Positions 27,232-37,281 of a stretch of DNA of 64,000 bases are shown here, in pieces (within the stretch, counting starts at the first letter, position 1; each line of letters begins with the position of its first letter). The position numbers and the translations under genes are program-made. The notes below the pieces were generated by a model, which was given only the letters and a program-made list of their open reading frames with translations, had not been told where the DNA came from and did no database searches. Source of the stretch: an uncultured delta proteobacterium (GTDB taxonomy: Bacteria > Myxococcota_A > Polyangia > Fen-1088); contig CAWCMR010000013.1 in NCBI GenBank assembly GCA_963796685.1, positions 480,001 through 544,000 of the forward strand, written 5' to 3'.

Positions 27232-28235
27232 GGCTTCTTCTTCTCCTGGGCCTGGTTCTTGCGCATGGACGCCATGGTCGCTGCCACGATGGCCATCCTG
27301 TCCGAAATCTCCTCACGCTCTCGCTCGGAAATATGCAACGTCGCCTCCACGCCGGTCTCCTTGGCGGAAAAGCGCATCGAGTCGAGCACGCCGGCGAACC
27401 CGAACGCGGCCACGATGGGCCGGGTGCGGGCATCGCGGATGCGCTCGGTCATGCGTTCGGCCAAGTCCCGTGCCTGCAGCTCGGTGCGCACATTCCCGAT
27501 GGCGGTTACGTCGAGATCGTTGCCCAGATCGATGCGGGCGCCAAGCTCTTCCAGATTTTCGCCTTCGCCCATCTCGCGTTTCAGTTCCTCGCGGGTGGCC
27601 GGCTGCAAACGCACATAAAGCGCGGCCACCGGCGGGGCGGATCCCTTGTCGCGCGCGATCCGGGCGCGCAAGTGCAGGAACCAAGACTCGGAATCGATGG
27701 CCCGTGCGACGCCGATGTTGCAGTCGATGGCTGCGCGCACGGCGACGGTCAGACCCGAGATGACCGTGCGCTTGCTGAGGAAAGCCAGCGCCTCGTCACC
27801 GCGAATCAGCATGTCGGCTCCGCGGTACTCCGCTCTCTGCACGGGACCTCTGTCTCGGGCAAAGTCCTTGCCGATGCGTTCGCGGTCGAGCTTGCCCTGA
27901 GCCACGAGCACACTGGCGCCATCGCGCAGGAAGGGGACCTTGGCGAAGACCAAGCGATCGATGTCGCGGAACTCCCCGAGCGAAGCCTCGTTCGTCCCCG
28001 GATCCGAGGTCGCGACCTTGGCAAAGCTATCTCTCGTCCACGGCGAAGAACGCAGCTTGGCCAGATCCGCCCACAGCACGAGATCCGCCTCGGCCGGAAC
28101 CATGCCCCAAAGGTCGTCGTCATCGGGGGCCGGGCGGGGAATGTCCTGACCGCCCGAGGACGCCATCGTGGTTTCCCCGCACCCGATGAGGAGAAACAAG
28201 AGCGGCAAGGCCCCGACCAGCGACAATTGCTTCAT
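27228..28235 (-). CDS. Hypothetical lipoprotein embedded between tyrA and aroA
   Basis: MKQLSL...LIGC lipobox; ATGA overlaps at both ends. Confidence 0.75.
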   Translation of the reverse strand: MKQLSLVGALPLLFLLIGCGETTMASSGGQDIPRPAPDDDDLWGMVPAEADLVLWADLAKLRSSPWTRDSFAKVATSDPGTNEASLGEFRDIDRLVFAKVPFLRDGASVLVAQGKLDRERIGKDFARDRGPVQRAEYRGADMLIRGDEALAFLSKRTVISGLTVAVRAAIDCNIGVARAIDSESWFLHLRARIARDKGSAPPVAALYVRLQPATREELKREMGEGENLEELGARIDLGNDLDVTAIGNVRTELQARDLAERMTERIRDARTRPIVAAFGFAGVLDSMRFSAKETGVEATLHISEREREEISDRMAIVAATMASMRKNQAQEKKKP

Positions 28236-29110
28236 TCCTTGACCAGCTGCTTTCGGCACGCCTGGGCGGCGGCGAGGATTCGTTCGAGCGCTTCGCCATC
28301 GCCTGTGGCCACCGCGGATTCGATCTCCGCCACGCGCGTCTTCAGTTCCCGGATCAAGGGCAACACATGGGCGGCGTTGGCGAGCAAGATGTCTCGCCAC
28401 ACCGCGGGTCCCGAAGCGGCGATGCGCGTGGTGTCGCGTAGACTGGTCGTCGGGCTGGCTGCGGTGGTCGTGGCCTCGAGAAAGGACATGGCCGGCGCGA
28501 GAGCACCCGCCAGCGCATAGGCGGCGACGTGGGGCAAATGGCTCTGCGCCGCCATCAGGCGGTCGTGCGTCTCCGGCTCGATCGTCGCGGTCTGACAGCC
28601 AAGGCCGCGCCAGAAAGCGTTCGCGGCGGCGACCGCCGAGGCCTGGGCGTTGCCGCTCGGACAGACGAAGCAGACGCGGCCGGCAAAGATGTCGGCATCG
28701 GCGGCCTCTACCCCGGAAAACTCGGCCCCGGCCATGGGATGGCAACCGACGAAACGACCGGCGGGCAGGTCGGCCTCGGCCGCGGCAACGATGCCGACCT
28801 TGACGCTGCCCACATCGATGACCGTGGCATCAGGCAAGAGCGCCGGAGCCAGGCCCCGCATCAACTCGTGCATGCTGCGTACGGGCGCGGCCAGCAGCAC
28901 GAGGGCGGCCCCGGCCACGGCCTCCGCTGGGGTCGCCGCGGACGCGTCGAGGATGCCCATTGCCTTCGCGGTCTTGCCTACCTCGGGAGACGAATCGTAG
29001 CCGACAATCTCGCCTACCAGGCCCGCTCGACGCGCGGCCAGCCCGGCCGAGCCACCGATGTAGCCGACCCCGATCAGCGCGAGACGAGGAAAGCGAGCGA
29101 GCGTTTGCAA
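28232..29110 (-). CDS. tyrA: Prephenate/arogenate dehydrogenase
   Basis: GVGYIGGS, DVGSVK, HPMAG, HD...A..SHLPH, LRDTTRIA. Confidence 0.93.
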   Translation of the reverse strand: MQTLARFPRLALIGVGYIGGSAGLAARRAGLVGEIVGYDSSPEVGKTAKAMGILDASAATPAEAVAGAALVLLAAPVRSMHELMRGLAPALLPDATVIDVGSVKVGIVAAAEADLPAGRFVGCHPMAGAEFSGVEAADADIFAGRVCFVCPSGNAQASAVAAANAFWRGLGCQTATIEPETHDRLMAAQSHLPHVAAYALAGALAPAMSFLEATTTAASPTTSLRDTTRIAASGPAVWRDILLANAAHVLPLIRELKTRVAEIESAVATGDGEALERILAAAQACRKQLVKE

Positions 29111-29170
29111 GACCGACCAAGACTATCAGGTTGCCCCCGCTGCCAACAACGCGGGCTTGCGGATTTCTTG

Positions 29171-29713
29171 CTACTCTACGTACAGACGGTGTTCGCGGAT
29201 GTAGTCGCGAACCGACTTGGGCAAGAGGCCGTCAACCGATCGGCCGGCAACCAGTCGCCGCCGCACCTCGGTGGAGCTGAGCGAAGGCATGGCGACGTCG
29301 GAGCCACCGACGAAGCCGCCTCGACCGACCACGATGCGCGGCACGGTGCGCACGAGCTCCTCGGCGCCGAACCAGGCGGGAAGCTCGGGTTCGATATCCG
29401 CGCCCACGACCAGGTGGAATTCGCAGTCGGGGCGTTCGCTGCGCAAGGCCTTGATGGTCACGAGGGTTCGGCTTTCGCCACCCAGGCGGCCCTCGATGTC
29501 GCTGGCACGGGCGCGTGGTCCCAGGGCGGCGGCGGCGAGCTCGCACATGCGCAGGCGATCGACGAACGGAGCAAGCGCCTTGTCGAACGGGTGCTTCCAG
29601 CACGGCACGAGCCACAGCTCGTCCACGGGCTCGGTTTCGAGCACATACAGCGCCACCAGCTGGTGAGCGACGTGCGGCGGGTTGAAGCTGCCGCCGAAAA
29701 AGGCCACACGCAT
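29171..29713 (-). CDS. nadD: Nicotinate-nucleotide adenylyltransferase
   Basis: GGSFNPPHVAH, GAD, SSTEVR, V..YI....LY. Confidence 0.92.
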   Translation of the reverse strand: MRVAFFGGSFNPPHVAHQLVALYVLETEPVDELWLVPCWKHPFDKALAPFVDRLRMCELAAAALGPRARASDIEGRLGGESRTLVTIKALRSERPDCEFHLVVGADIEPELPAWFGAEELVRTVPRIVVGRGGFVGGSDVAMPSLSSTEVRRRLVAGRSVDGLLPKSVRDYIREHRLYVE

Positions 29714-29795
29714 GCATCGACCATACAACAGGATCCGCCATCGATCGCTGGGGTATTGATTACACGTGAGTCAGGCCGAAAGTCGGGTTCTTCTT

Positions 29796-30992
29796 CTAAT
29801 ACGCCAGGGCCGCGCGGCGGCGCTGTGCGAAGGCCTCCTCGGCGGGTAGCCAGGTGGACCGCAGATCACCAAGACTGGCGCCGGCCTCGATGCCGTTGCG
29901 AATGGCGTCTCCCCCGGTGAGCAAATCGATGGCGAGACGATCGGAAACGAACTCGTATCTCTCCGTGCGCCAACGAAATGCCTCCCCCGCCAGAGCGTGC
30001 AGAGCGCGCAGGATCGCGACTCCGGTCAGGTAGGGTCGGAAGGTCATGCGGTCGTGGACGTGAAGCTGCACGCCGCCGCAAACCTGGCCGGCAAACTTAT
30101 GAAAGGTGGGGCGAAACGACAGGGGGCGAAAGCGAACGCCGGGCAGATTGTCGGCCGCGAGAAGATCGGCCAGGCGATAGCCGTCGACGAACGGGGCGCC
30201 GAGGATCTCGAAGGGACGTGTCGTGCCCCGGCCCTCCGAGATGTTGGTTCCCTCCAGCAAGCAGAGTCCGGGATAGACCAGCGCCGTGTCCAGCGTGGGC
30301 ATATTCGGGGAGGGGAGCACCCAGGGCAAGCCCGTCGCATCAAAGAGATCCTCGCGCTTCCATCCGCGCATCGCGACGACCTGCAGGTCGCAGTCGAGAG
30401 GTTTGGCAAAGCGCTCACCGCCCCAGGGAATTCCCGCTCGAACCAGGCGGGCGACCTCGCCGATGGTCAGGCCATGGCGGGCCGGCAGCGACCCCAGACC
30501 GACGAAGGATTCGGCCCAGGGCGAGACCTCGCCGCCCTCGATGGCCACGCCGCCGATGGGGTTGGGCCGATCGAGCACCATGACGGAGACGCCCGCGCGC
30601 ACGGCGCTTTGCAGGCACAGCGCCATGGTCCAGATGAAGGTGTAGTAGCGACTGCCGATGTCCTGCAGGTCGACGAGCAAGACATCGACACCCGCCAGCT
30701 CGGCCGCGCTCGGCGACAGGGACGCGAAGGAATCGCCGTAAAGGCTGGTCACCGGGATCCCGGTGCGCGGATCCCGATTTCCCTCTACGCCGATCATGTC
30801 CTGCGCCTCGCCACGAATCCCGTGCTCGGGGCCGAAAAGATGGACCGGTTGGACCTTCGCCGCGACCAGCGCATCGACGAGGTGAACCAGGCAGCGGCTC
30901 ACGCTGGCCGGGTGGCAAAGCACGGCCACGCGGCGTCCGCGCAGGCCGACCATTCCTTCTTCCAGCAGCACCTCCAGGCCGGTTTGGACCAT
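29796..30992 (-). CDS. namZ: Exo-beta-N-acetylmuramidase NamZ (DUF1343)
   Basis: FGPEHG, DLQDIGSRYYT, LDRPNP, PSPNMP, SEGRGTTRPFE. Confidence 0.9.
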   Translation of the reverse strand: MVQTGLEVLLEEGMVGLRGRRVAVLCHPASVSRCLVHLVDALVAAKVQPVHLFGPEHGIRGEAQDMIGVEGNRDPRTGIPVTSLYGDSFASLSPSAAELAGVDVLLVDLQDIGSRYYTFIWTMALCLQSAVRAGVSVMVLDRPNPIGGVAIEGGEVSPWAESFVGLGSLPARHGLTIGEVARLVRAGIPWGGERFAKPLDCDLQVVAMRGWKREDLFDATGLPWVLPSPNMPTLDTALVYPGLCLLEGTNISEGRGTTRPFEILGAPFVDGYRLADLLAADNLPGVRFRPLSFRPTFHKFAGQVCGGVQLHVHDRMTFRPYLTGVAILRALHALAGEAFRWRTERYEFVSDRLAIDLLTGGDAIRNGIEAGASLGDLRSTWLPAEEAFAQRRRAALAY

Positions 30993-31031
30993 CGCTCACC
31001 AAGCCTAGACGAACGGGCGGCCGGGGTCGAA

Positions 31032-32489
31032 TCAGGAGATCTTGACCGGCCGGAACGTGATCTGATTGTCCTGCTCGGTCAGCAAGAAGCGTACGATCTT
31101 GCACTCCCACTTCTCGCGCAGGCCGGCCTCGGTCAGACTGAGCTTGGCCATGAAGGCCAGCACGCTCATACCCTCGGTAGGCTGTCCAAGCTTTTGCAAG
31201 GTAGAGAGGTACTCGCCGAACAAGCGCGGGTAGTAGGCGGCTTCGCTCTCTTCGGCGAGCGCCTCCACCGTGGCGGCCGGGGCGCTGCCGTCGGTCTCGG
31301 CGATGACCATGGCCTCGGCCTTCCACTTCTGTTTGCCGCCGTCTTCCTCTTCCTCGACGGCTTCTTCGTTCGGCTCTTCGCGGCCGAGCAGGCGCGCGAG
31401 CATGACGTTCAGACTGTTGGACAGGCCTTCGAAATCCTGTCCCACGGGTTTGAAGGTGTAGTCGATGTTGCCGTTGATGACTTCGGCGACACCGAGCTCG
31501 ATCTCATCGAGAGGTGCCATGAATCGGCGCGCGGTCAGGCCCGCGGCGATGATGGCGATGACGATGGCCAGCAGGCCCAACCACACGATCTTCATGCCGG
31601 CGGCGTTGATGTCGGCCATGCCCTCGGAGAGCGCGGCCAGCACCACGAATCCACTGGTCTTGTCGGCGAAATTTCCCGGCATCGGCGCGGCCACGGCGGC
31701 GAACTCGCGCCCCTCGATATCCCAGGTCATCATTCTCGTGGGCGTCCCCTTTTGCAGCGCGGTGTCGGCCGCCTTCTCGCCCGTGAAGAGCAGGTTGCTG
31801 AGCGTCTGCGACTTGGCGATATCTTCCCTCGACTTGTCCACGGTGGACACGAAGCTGGACGCATAGACCTTGCCGGCGTGGAAGAATCCGATCTCGGTGT
31901 CGAGTAGATCGCGGGCGGCTTGGGCGGTCGTCGCGCTGACCACCCACCCGAACAGCAGCGCACCTACCACCGTGTTGTCCGCCTTGACGATGGGCGCGAC
32001 CGCGATTTCGTGCACGCGGTCCTGCCAGGTCCAGACGTCCTTGACCGCAGCCCCCTGCAAGGCATGTCCGACGGCAGGGTATTTGGCCTTCAGGTCCATC
32101 CCGACATCCGCGTTGGGATTGAGATCCCGTCCGACGATCTTTCCGTTGGAGTCGAGAATGGCGACGATGTCGGCCTTGCGTCCATCGTACTTGAGGTGCT
32201 GATTGAGCTTCTCGCTGACTTCGTAGGCTGCGGCCTGCCGCGCGGCCGCATCGGCCTTGTCGAACACCGCCAACACATCGGCCGAGCGAGCGCGCTCGGC
32301 GGCCAGGTTCGCCAGCTTGAGCCCGCTCAGTTGGCTGATGTCCCGGTAGACTCGCTGCGCGCGTGATACGCGGTATTCCACGTTCTGTCGGTTGGACTTC
32401 TTGAGCCTGGCCGTAATCGACACGTGGAAGAAGGCAGTCAGCCCGGCCAGGGCAACTGCGGCGATGAGACCGATCTTCATACGGTGCAT
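31032..32489 (-). CDS. MXAN_5187-family membrane protein (TM, Cache-like, TM, HAMP, C-terminal domain)
   Basis: Two TMs flanking a periplasmic domain; HAMP-like region; C-terminal YPRLFGEY...CKIVRF domain; RBS GAGGA before ATG 32489. Confidence 0.7.
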   Translation of the reverse strand: MHRMKIGLIAAVALAGLTAFFHVSITARLKKSNRQNVEYRVSRAQRVYRDISQLSGLKLANLAAERARSADVLAVFDKADAAARQAAAYEVSEKLNQHLKYDGRKADIVAILDSNGKIVGRDLNPNADVGMDLKAKYPAVGHALQGAAVKDVWTWQDRVHEIAVAPIVKADNTVVGALLFGWVVSATTAQAARDLLDTEIGFFHAGKVYASSFVSTVDKSREDIAKSQTLSNLLFTGEKAADTALQKGTPTRMMTWDIEGREFAAVAAPMPGNFADKTSGFVVLAALSEGMADINAAGMKIVWLGLLAIVIAIIAAGLTARRFMAPLDEIELGVAEVINGNIDYTFKPVGQDFEGLSNSLNVMLARLLGREEPNEEAVEEEEDGGKQKWKAEAMVIAETDGSAPAATVEALAEESEAAYYPRLFGEYLSTLQKLGQPTEGMSVLAFMAKLSLTEAGLREKWECKIVRFLLTEQDNQITFRPVKIS

Positions 32490-32684
32490 TTGATTCCTCG
32501 CACTCTTGGGAATGAACACGCTGGCGATGGCTTCCCACAAACCGCGCCGGGCTCGCAAACGCCGCGCGAATTATCAACGTCATGGGCCGGGCACGTCAAG
32601 CTGCCTTCGTGCCTTGGGGAGCGGAGGGGAGAGAACGCTCGCAGAAAATTGACAGCAAAAGGACAATGACCTACATGTAGGAGT

Positions 32685-33038
32685 ATGCATACACCATCGT
32701 CTTCTGAAACAGGAAAGAGGCCGAGCACCAAAGACCGCCGCGCCGCCCCCCGGCGCGAGGTCGACCTGCTGATGAACAGATTCCTCGATGGCTACCCCTA
32801 TCTATGCAGGGCTTCGGACATCAGCCGAACCGGTATGCGGATTCACCCGATCAGCGGTGCAAGGGGCGCGACACGTTTCGTCGGGCTGCAATTCCAGTTG
32901 CCCGGATCCGGAGACGTCATCACGGCCTCCGGCGAAGTCGTGTCGTCGACCCCAACGGGCGGGCCGCTCGGGGTGCGCTTCACCCGCATGCCGACCGTTT
33001 CGTCGGATCGCATCGGCAAATTCTTGGCCGCGCGCTGA
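32685..33038 (+). CDS. Stand-alone PilZ domain protein
   Basis: RAAPR (RxxxR) and DISRTG (DxSxxG) c-di-GMP-binding motifs; GVRF. Confidence 0.85.
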   Translation: MHTPSSSETGKRPSTKDRRAAPRREVDLLMNRFLDGYPYLCRASDISRTGMRIHPISGARGATRFVGLQFQLPGSGDVITASGEVVSSTPTGGPLGVRFTRMPTVSSDRIGKFLAAR

Positions 33039-33301
33039 CCGGGCCTGCGCCGCGCCACCGTTCCTCACGAGCGTGCCGCCTGGCCATGCCCGAGGGCGCG
33101 GTCGTGCGATGGCGCCGTGCAATCCCGTTGGACTGACTCGAAGTCATGCTAGAAATGTCGTTACCTCGCTTTTTCGCCAAAGTATTTCGCAATAGTTGAC
33201 TTCGGGCCTTGACAGGAATGCCCTGTCCTCGCTCATATCTTCATCCGTCCCCGCGGAGAGCACCCGGGAGAAATTCGACCCCTCACGCACGGAGATACGC
33301 C

Positions 33302-34543
33302 TTGGAGCAACCGAAGAAGCCCGGTCCTGGAAGAGACATTGCCGACCTGAAAGCCCGACTCGGCTTGGCCAGAGGTGGACCTGCCCCTGGCGTCGCACCG
33401 ATGCCGGGCTCGCCCATGCCAAGCCCACCCATGCCGGGTGCGCCGATGCCTGGTCACTTCATGCCGGGGATCCCGGCGGTGCCCCCGCCAAGCGCGGTGC
33501 CGAATCCGCTGGCACCTTTTCCCAGCCCTGTCGCGGCCCCGGCTCCCCAGGCAGCGCCCCTGCCGGTCGCGGCGCCGGCTTTCAACGACCCATTCGCTTC
33601 CATGCGTCCGCCCGAGGGCAAGCACTTCGATCTGCGAGCCCCCACCGATGACGGACGTCCCCCGGTCAGCGTGCAAAAGGGCGGCGGATTGGCCGCCAGG
33701 GTCATCTTGGTCATTGCGGTCCTCGTCGCCGCCGCGGTCGGCTTCGGCTTCGGGGCCTCGGCCGTGGGCCGGCGCATGTTCAATGCAGCGAACTTCGGCG
33801 CCAAGCGGGTCAAGGCCGAGCTCGACGATATGCAAAAGACGGTGAGCCAAATCGGTAGCGCCGTGGCCATGAGCCAGCAACGCCTGGCCGCCGAAAAGAA
33901 GGATCCTCTTTCCTACGACCCCAGGCTCATCAGCGATCTGGAAATGGTGAAGCTGGATCCGCGTCCGGACACTTCCCGCATCTTCAAGGTGAACTACTAC
34001 CTGCTCGAGGATCTCGCGGTCGACCGCTTGATGAACTACTACTACGACACGATCAATCTCTATGGCGAGGTCGAGCGTCACATCAAGCGCACGCATGCCG
34101 ACAAGGCCACATTGGAGGCCTTCGCGGCCAAGAGCGGCGGCGATGCCGGAAAGCCACCGGTCAACTACGGTGTCGTGTTCTCGTCGAGCGGCAAGCTGGC
34201 CATCGGCAACCTGGTCGAGATCGGCAAGCCCGTTTGCAAGGGTGGCGCCGAGACTTGCTCCGCGGATCAGTACGAAGGCTTCCAGATTCGGTCGAACACG
34301 GGCGCACCGTGGAGCCCGCGCAAGATCGGCCCCAAGCCGGAGGGCGACAAGGTGGTCCCCATCGAGCGGACACCGCTTTTCGATGCGGTCATGAATGGTT
34401 CTCCGGATCAGGTGCGCATGGAGCAGTACAAGCAGCGCTACAACAACATCCGCCAGATCCTCGCGCGCCTTGGTTCGACGAAGAAGGAGCTCGGCGACGC
34501 CATCGACAAGGCGGCTGCCCGGCCCGATTTGTTCACGTTCTAG
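33302..34543 (+). CDS. Hypothetical bitopic membrane protein (Pro-rich N-terminus, TM, periplasmic coiled coil)
   Basis: GGAGA RBS before TTG 33302; DIADLKARLG, Pro-rich region, single TM. Confidence 0.7.
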   Translation: MEQPKKPGPGRDIADLKARLGLARGGPAPGVAPMPGSPMPSPPMPGAPMPGHFMPGIPAVPPPSAVPNPLAPFPSPVAAPAPQAAPLPVAAPAFNDPFASMRPPEGKHFDLRAPTDDGRPPVSVQKGGGLAARVILVIAVLVAAAVGFGFGASAVGRRMFNAANFGAKRVKAELDDMQKTVSQIGSAVAMSQQRLAAEKKDPLSYDPRLISDLEMVKLDPRPDTSRIFKVNYYLLEDLAVDRLMNYYYDTINLYGEVERHIKRTHADKATLEAFAAKSGGDAGKPPVNYGVVFSSSGKLAIGNLVEIGKPVCKGGAETCSADQYEGFQIRSNTGAPWSPRKIGPKPEGDKVVPIERTPLFDAVMNGSPDQVRMEQYKQRYNNIRQILARLGSTKKELGDAIDKAAARPDLFTF

Positions 34544-34563
34544 ACCACGGCATCGGCCAAACC

Positions 34564-34604
34564 AAAACGACGACGAGAGCAATCTCGCCGCCGTTTTTTG
34601 TTTT
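34564..34604. terminator. Probable bidirectional intrinsic terminator
   Basis: AAAACGACGACGAGA-GCAA-TCTCGCCGCCGTTTTTT between convergent genes, with T-runs on both strands. Confidence 0.6.
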
Positions 34605-34605
34605 C

Positions 34606-35623
34606 CTAGTCCAGCCCGACGTCGGCCAAATCCTGCTCGGACATGCCGAAGAAGTGGCCGGTCTCGTGCAGCAGGGTGATGCGAATCTGCTCGCGCAAGT
34701 CTTCCGAGTCGATGGCCATGCGCTCCAGGTTCTTGCGGAAGAGCAGAATCCGCGTGACCTGCGGCGGGCCGCTCATCGTTCCCCCGTCAGAATGCGCCGT
34801 TCCCTCGAACATGCCGAGAAGTCGAGGATCCATCCCCTGCTCGATTTCCGCTCGATCGGGCAGGTCGACGATCAGGATGGGCACATTGGCGATGAGCTTG
34901 TGGGCCGCCTCGGGGGAGCTCACGCAACGCCTGCTCGGCCACCTCGGCCATCTCGGGCTCGCTCATATGGGGATCCTGCAAGGGCGCCGTTGCATCCAGA
35001 TCGAGCACGCGCAGCCACGCCTCGCGCTTGCCGGCTTCGTCCCCCTTGCTTTCGGCACATAGGCCGATGCCATACCAGGCCTCGACGTCGACAGGGTCGG
35101 CGCTCGCCAGCGCGCGAAATCTCTGTTCCGCCTCCGGCGTGACGTCCGCTTCCAGAAAGAGATAGGCCAGGTCCAGCGAGAGATCCGCGGGAAGCTGGAC
35201 CTCGGTGGCCGGCGGCAGCTCGGACAGCGTGGCTTGGGCGGCCTTCACCTTGCCGAGCTGGATTTCGAGCCCGGCCTTGAGGACGATGGCGTCCAGAAAT
35301 TCGCTCTCCTCGTCGGCGCGATCGAGCGCCACTTTGGCATATTCGAGCGCATCGGCGGGGCGTCCAAGATCCTCGGTCAGGATTTCCGCCATCCACTGCG
35401 CCGGCGCGGACCAGTCCTCGGCAACGGCGGACGCCTGTTCGAGCAGGACGAGGGCTTTCTCCGAGTCGCCCTCCCCTCGCGAGCAAACCGCCAGCAGCAG
35501 CAGAGCCTCGGGGTTTTCGGGGTCTTCGCGCAGCTCGCGCTCGGCCGACCTGCGCGCCCCGGCGAAGTCGCCTTCGTCCAAGCACCGCCAGGCCTTTTCG
35601 AGACTCGGGCTCGCTTCGCTCAC
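34606..35623 (-). CDS. TPR protein fused to a zinicin-like metallopeptidase (DUF1025-like), frameshifted in the G5 run 34912-34916
   Basis: TPR helices; C-terminal LLGMFEG...ITLLHETGHFFG; GTGA overlap with the kamA-like gene. Confidence 0.8.
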
Positions 35624-37017
35624 GCTTTGCTCCGGGCCAGGGCGACGGCGTCGGCGATGATCCTGTCGTGCTCTTCAGGCTTGGCCCAACGTGCCTGTCC
35701 CTCGGCCGGCAGCAGGTGGATGGGATCGAAGTAGCAAAAGTAATCGCCGGGATGGACCACGGGCGACACGTACACGCTGACCCCGCTGATCGGGTCGTAG
35801 TGCTCGTAGGAATGGACGCCGCGCTTGCCTCCCCCGGGTGTGTCCACGACAAAGGTCGGCATGTTGAATCCCCCGACCAGGCCGCGAATCTGCTTCTCGA
35901 TGTGCGCGCCGGTGGCGACGGTGGTGCGCAGATCCTCGACCCCCTTCACCATGTCGTGCACATAGACGTAGTAGGGATGGATGTTGAGATAGGACAGGCG
36001 CTTGATGAGGGTGCCCATGGTGGCCACCGAATCGTTCACGTCGCGCATGAGCACGGTCTGGTTGCGCACCATGATCCCGCGTTCGTGGAGCTTGTTGGCG
36101 GCGGCTTGCGTGATCCAGGTGATCTCGCTGGGATGGTTGAAGTGGGTGTGAATCATCACGTCGACGTGCGACTTCCGCCCCTTTTCGACGATACGGGTCA
36201 CGGCATCGATCCAGGCATGATCGCTGAGGATTTTTTGCGGCATGACCGCCGGGCCCTTGGTCGCGAAACGGATCCGCCGCACGTGTTCTATGGCCAGGAA
36301 GGCCTCGCCCAAGAACGTGATCTGGTCGGCACGAAGTTGCGAGGCATCGCCACCCGAGATGAGCACGTCCTCGACCTCGGGCCGCGACTCGACATAGGCG
36401 ATGGCGGCGCGCCAGCGGTCGATATCGACGCCGAACTGAAGCTTGTGGACTTCCTCGGTGTCGAGACCGACGGCGTAGCTGCGCGTGCAGAAGCGGCAGT
36501 ACACCGGGCAGGTGGCGATTGGCAAAAACAGAACCTTATCCGGGTAGCGGTGGGAAAGTCCCGGCAGCGGCATGTCCTGGCGCTCGTGCAAGGGATCCAG
36601 ATCCACCTTGGGGTGGTCGGGCATCCGACGCGATAGCAGCGGGATGAACTGGATGCGGATGGGATCCTCGTAGGGATTCGACCAGTCGATGAGCGAGAGC
36701 AGATACGGCGATACGCGCACGGGCATGGGCGCGTGATGAAAGCCTTCTTCCGCGTCGCGAACAAAGTCGGGCGAAACCAAGCCCTCCAGCGCCGCCAGCA
36801 ACTTGGGGATGTTGGTGATGGAATGCTTGGCTTGCCACTGGTGGTCGAGGAACTCGGCTTCGGTCACGTTGGCATAAGCGTGGATGCGTTGCCAGAAGGG
36901 GCCGCTGCGCAGCTCGCGGTGGGAAAGAGCTTCCGGCGCAACCGGTGGCTTGTGCGCGGGGGCGAGAATCGGTGCGTGGGACTGGTTGGTGACCTCAACC
37001 AAGGATTCGGCATTCAT
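35620..37017 (-). CDS. KamA-family radical SAM protein (lysine 2,3-aminomutase-like)
   Basis: HRYPDKVL, CPVYCRFCTR, SGGD, HFNHPSEI, NQTVL, PGGGK (PLP Lys); RBS GAGGG before ATG 37017. Confidence 0.88.
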   Translation of the reverse strand: MNAESLVEVTNQSHAPILAPAHKPPVAPEALSHRELRSGPFWQRIHAYANVTEAEFLDHQWQAKHSITNIPKLLAALEGLVSPDFVRDAEEGFHHAPMPVRVSPYLLSLIDWSNPYEDPIRIQFIPLLSRRMPDHPKVDLDPLHERQDMPLPGLSHRYPDKVLFLPIATCPVYCRFCTRSYAVGLDTEEVHKLQFGVDIDRWRAAIAYVESRPEVEDVLISGGDASQLRADQITFLGEAFLAIEHVRRIRFATKGPAVMPQKILSDHAWIDAVTRIVEKGRKSHVDVMIHTHFNHPSEITWITQAAANKLHERGIMVRNQTVLMRDVNDSVATMGTLIKRLSYLNIHPYYVYVHDMVKGVEDLRTTVATGAHIEKQIRGLVGGFNMPTFVVDTPGGGKRGVHSYEHYDPISGVSVYVSPVVHPGDYFCYFDPIHLLPAEGQARWAKPEEHDRIIADAVALARSKA

Positions 37018-37093
37018 GGATCCCTCATGCATGGGTTGCCTTGTTCTGGCACAAGAACCAAACCCTGTCGCCCCATTTTCGATGGAGAGCGCG

Positions 37094-37252
37094 CTGATGA
37101 CCTGTCCATAAATTGGACAGGTCATCAGAAGCCGAGCCGACGGCTCGGCCGCAGGTGGGGTGAAGTCCGCGAATTCACTTCGCGGACGAGGGGCGGGCCG
37201 CGGCCCGCCCCTTAAAATGTTCAAGACGGGTCCATTTATGGACACGTCTTGA
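37094..37252. mobile_element. Five-hairpin palindromic cassette, putative MITE
   Basis: Stems at 37094-37128 (15 bp perfect), 37131-37149, 37165-37187, 37189-37212 (perfect 24-mer palindrome) and 37221-37252; end motifs GACCTGTCCATAAAT / ATTTATGGACACGTC are inverted (14/15). Confidence 0.65.
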
Positions 37253-37281
37253 GACGATGGAGGGCGCCGAGACGATCCGCC

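Noticed and set aside
32649-33240. Sigma-70 promoters at TTGACA (32649 and 33209)
   Set aside because: No convincing -10 hexamer at 16-18 bp spacing
37017-37260. Lysine riboswitch upstream of the kamA-like gene
   Set aside because: No AGAGGNGC start or L-box architecture; perfect DNA palindromes fit a repeat element better
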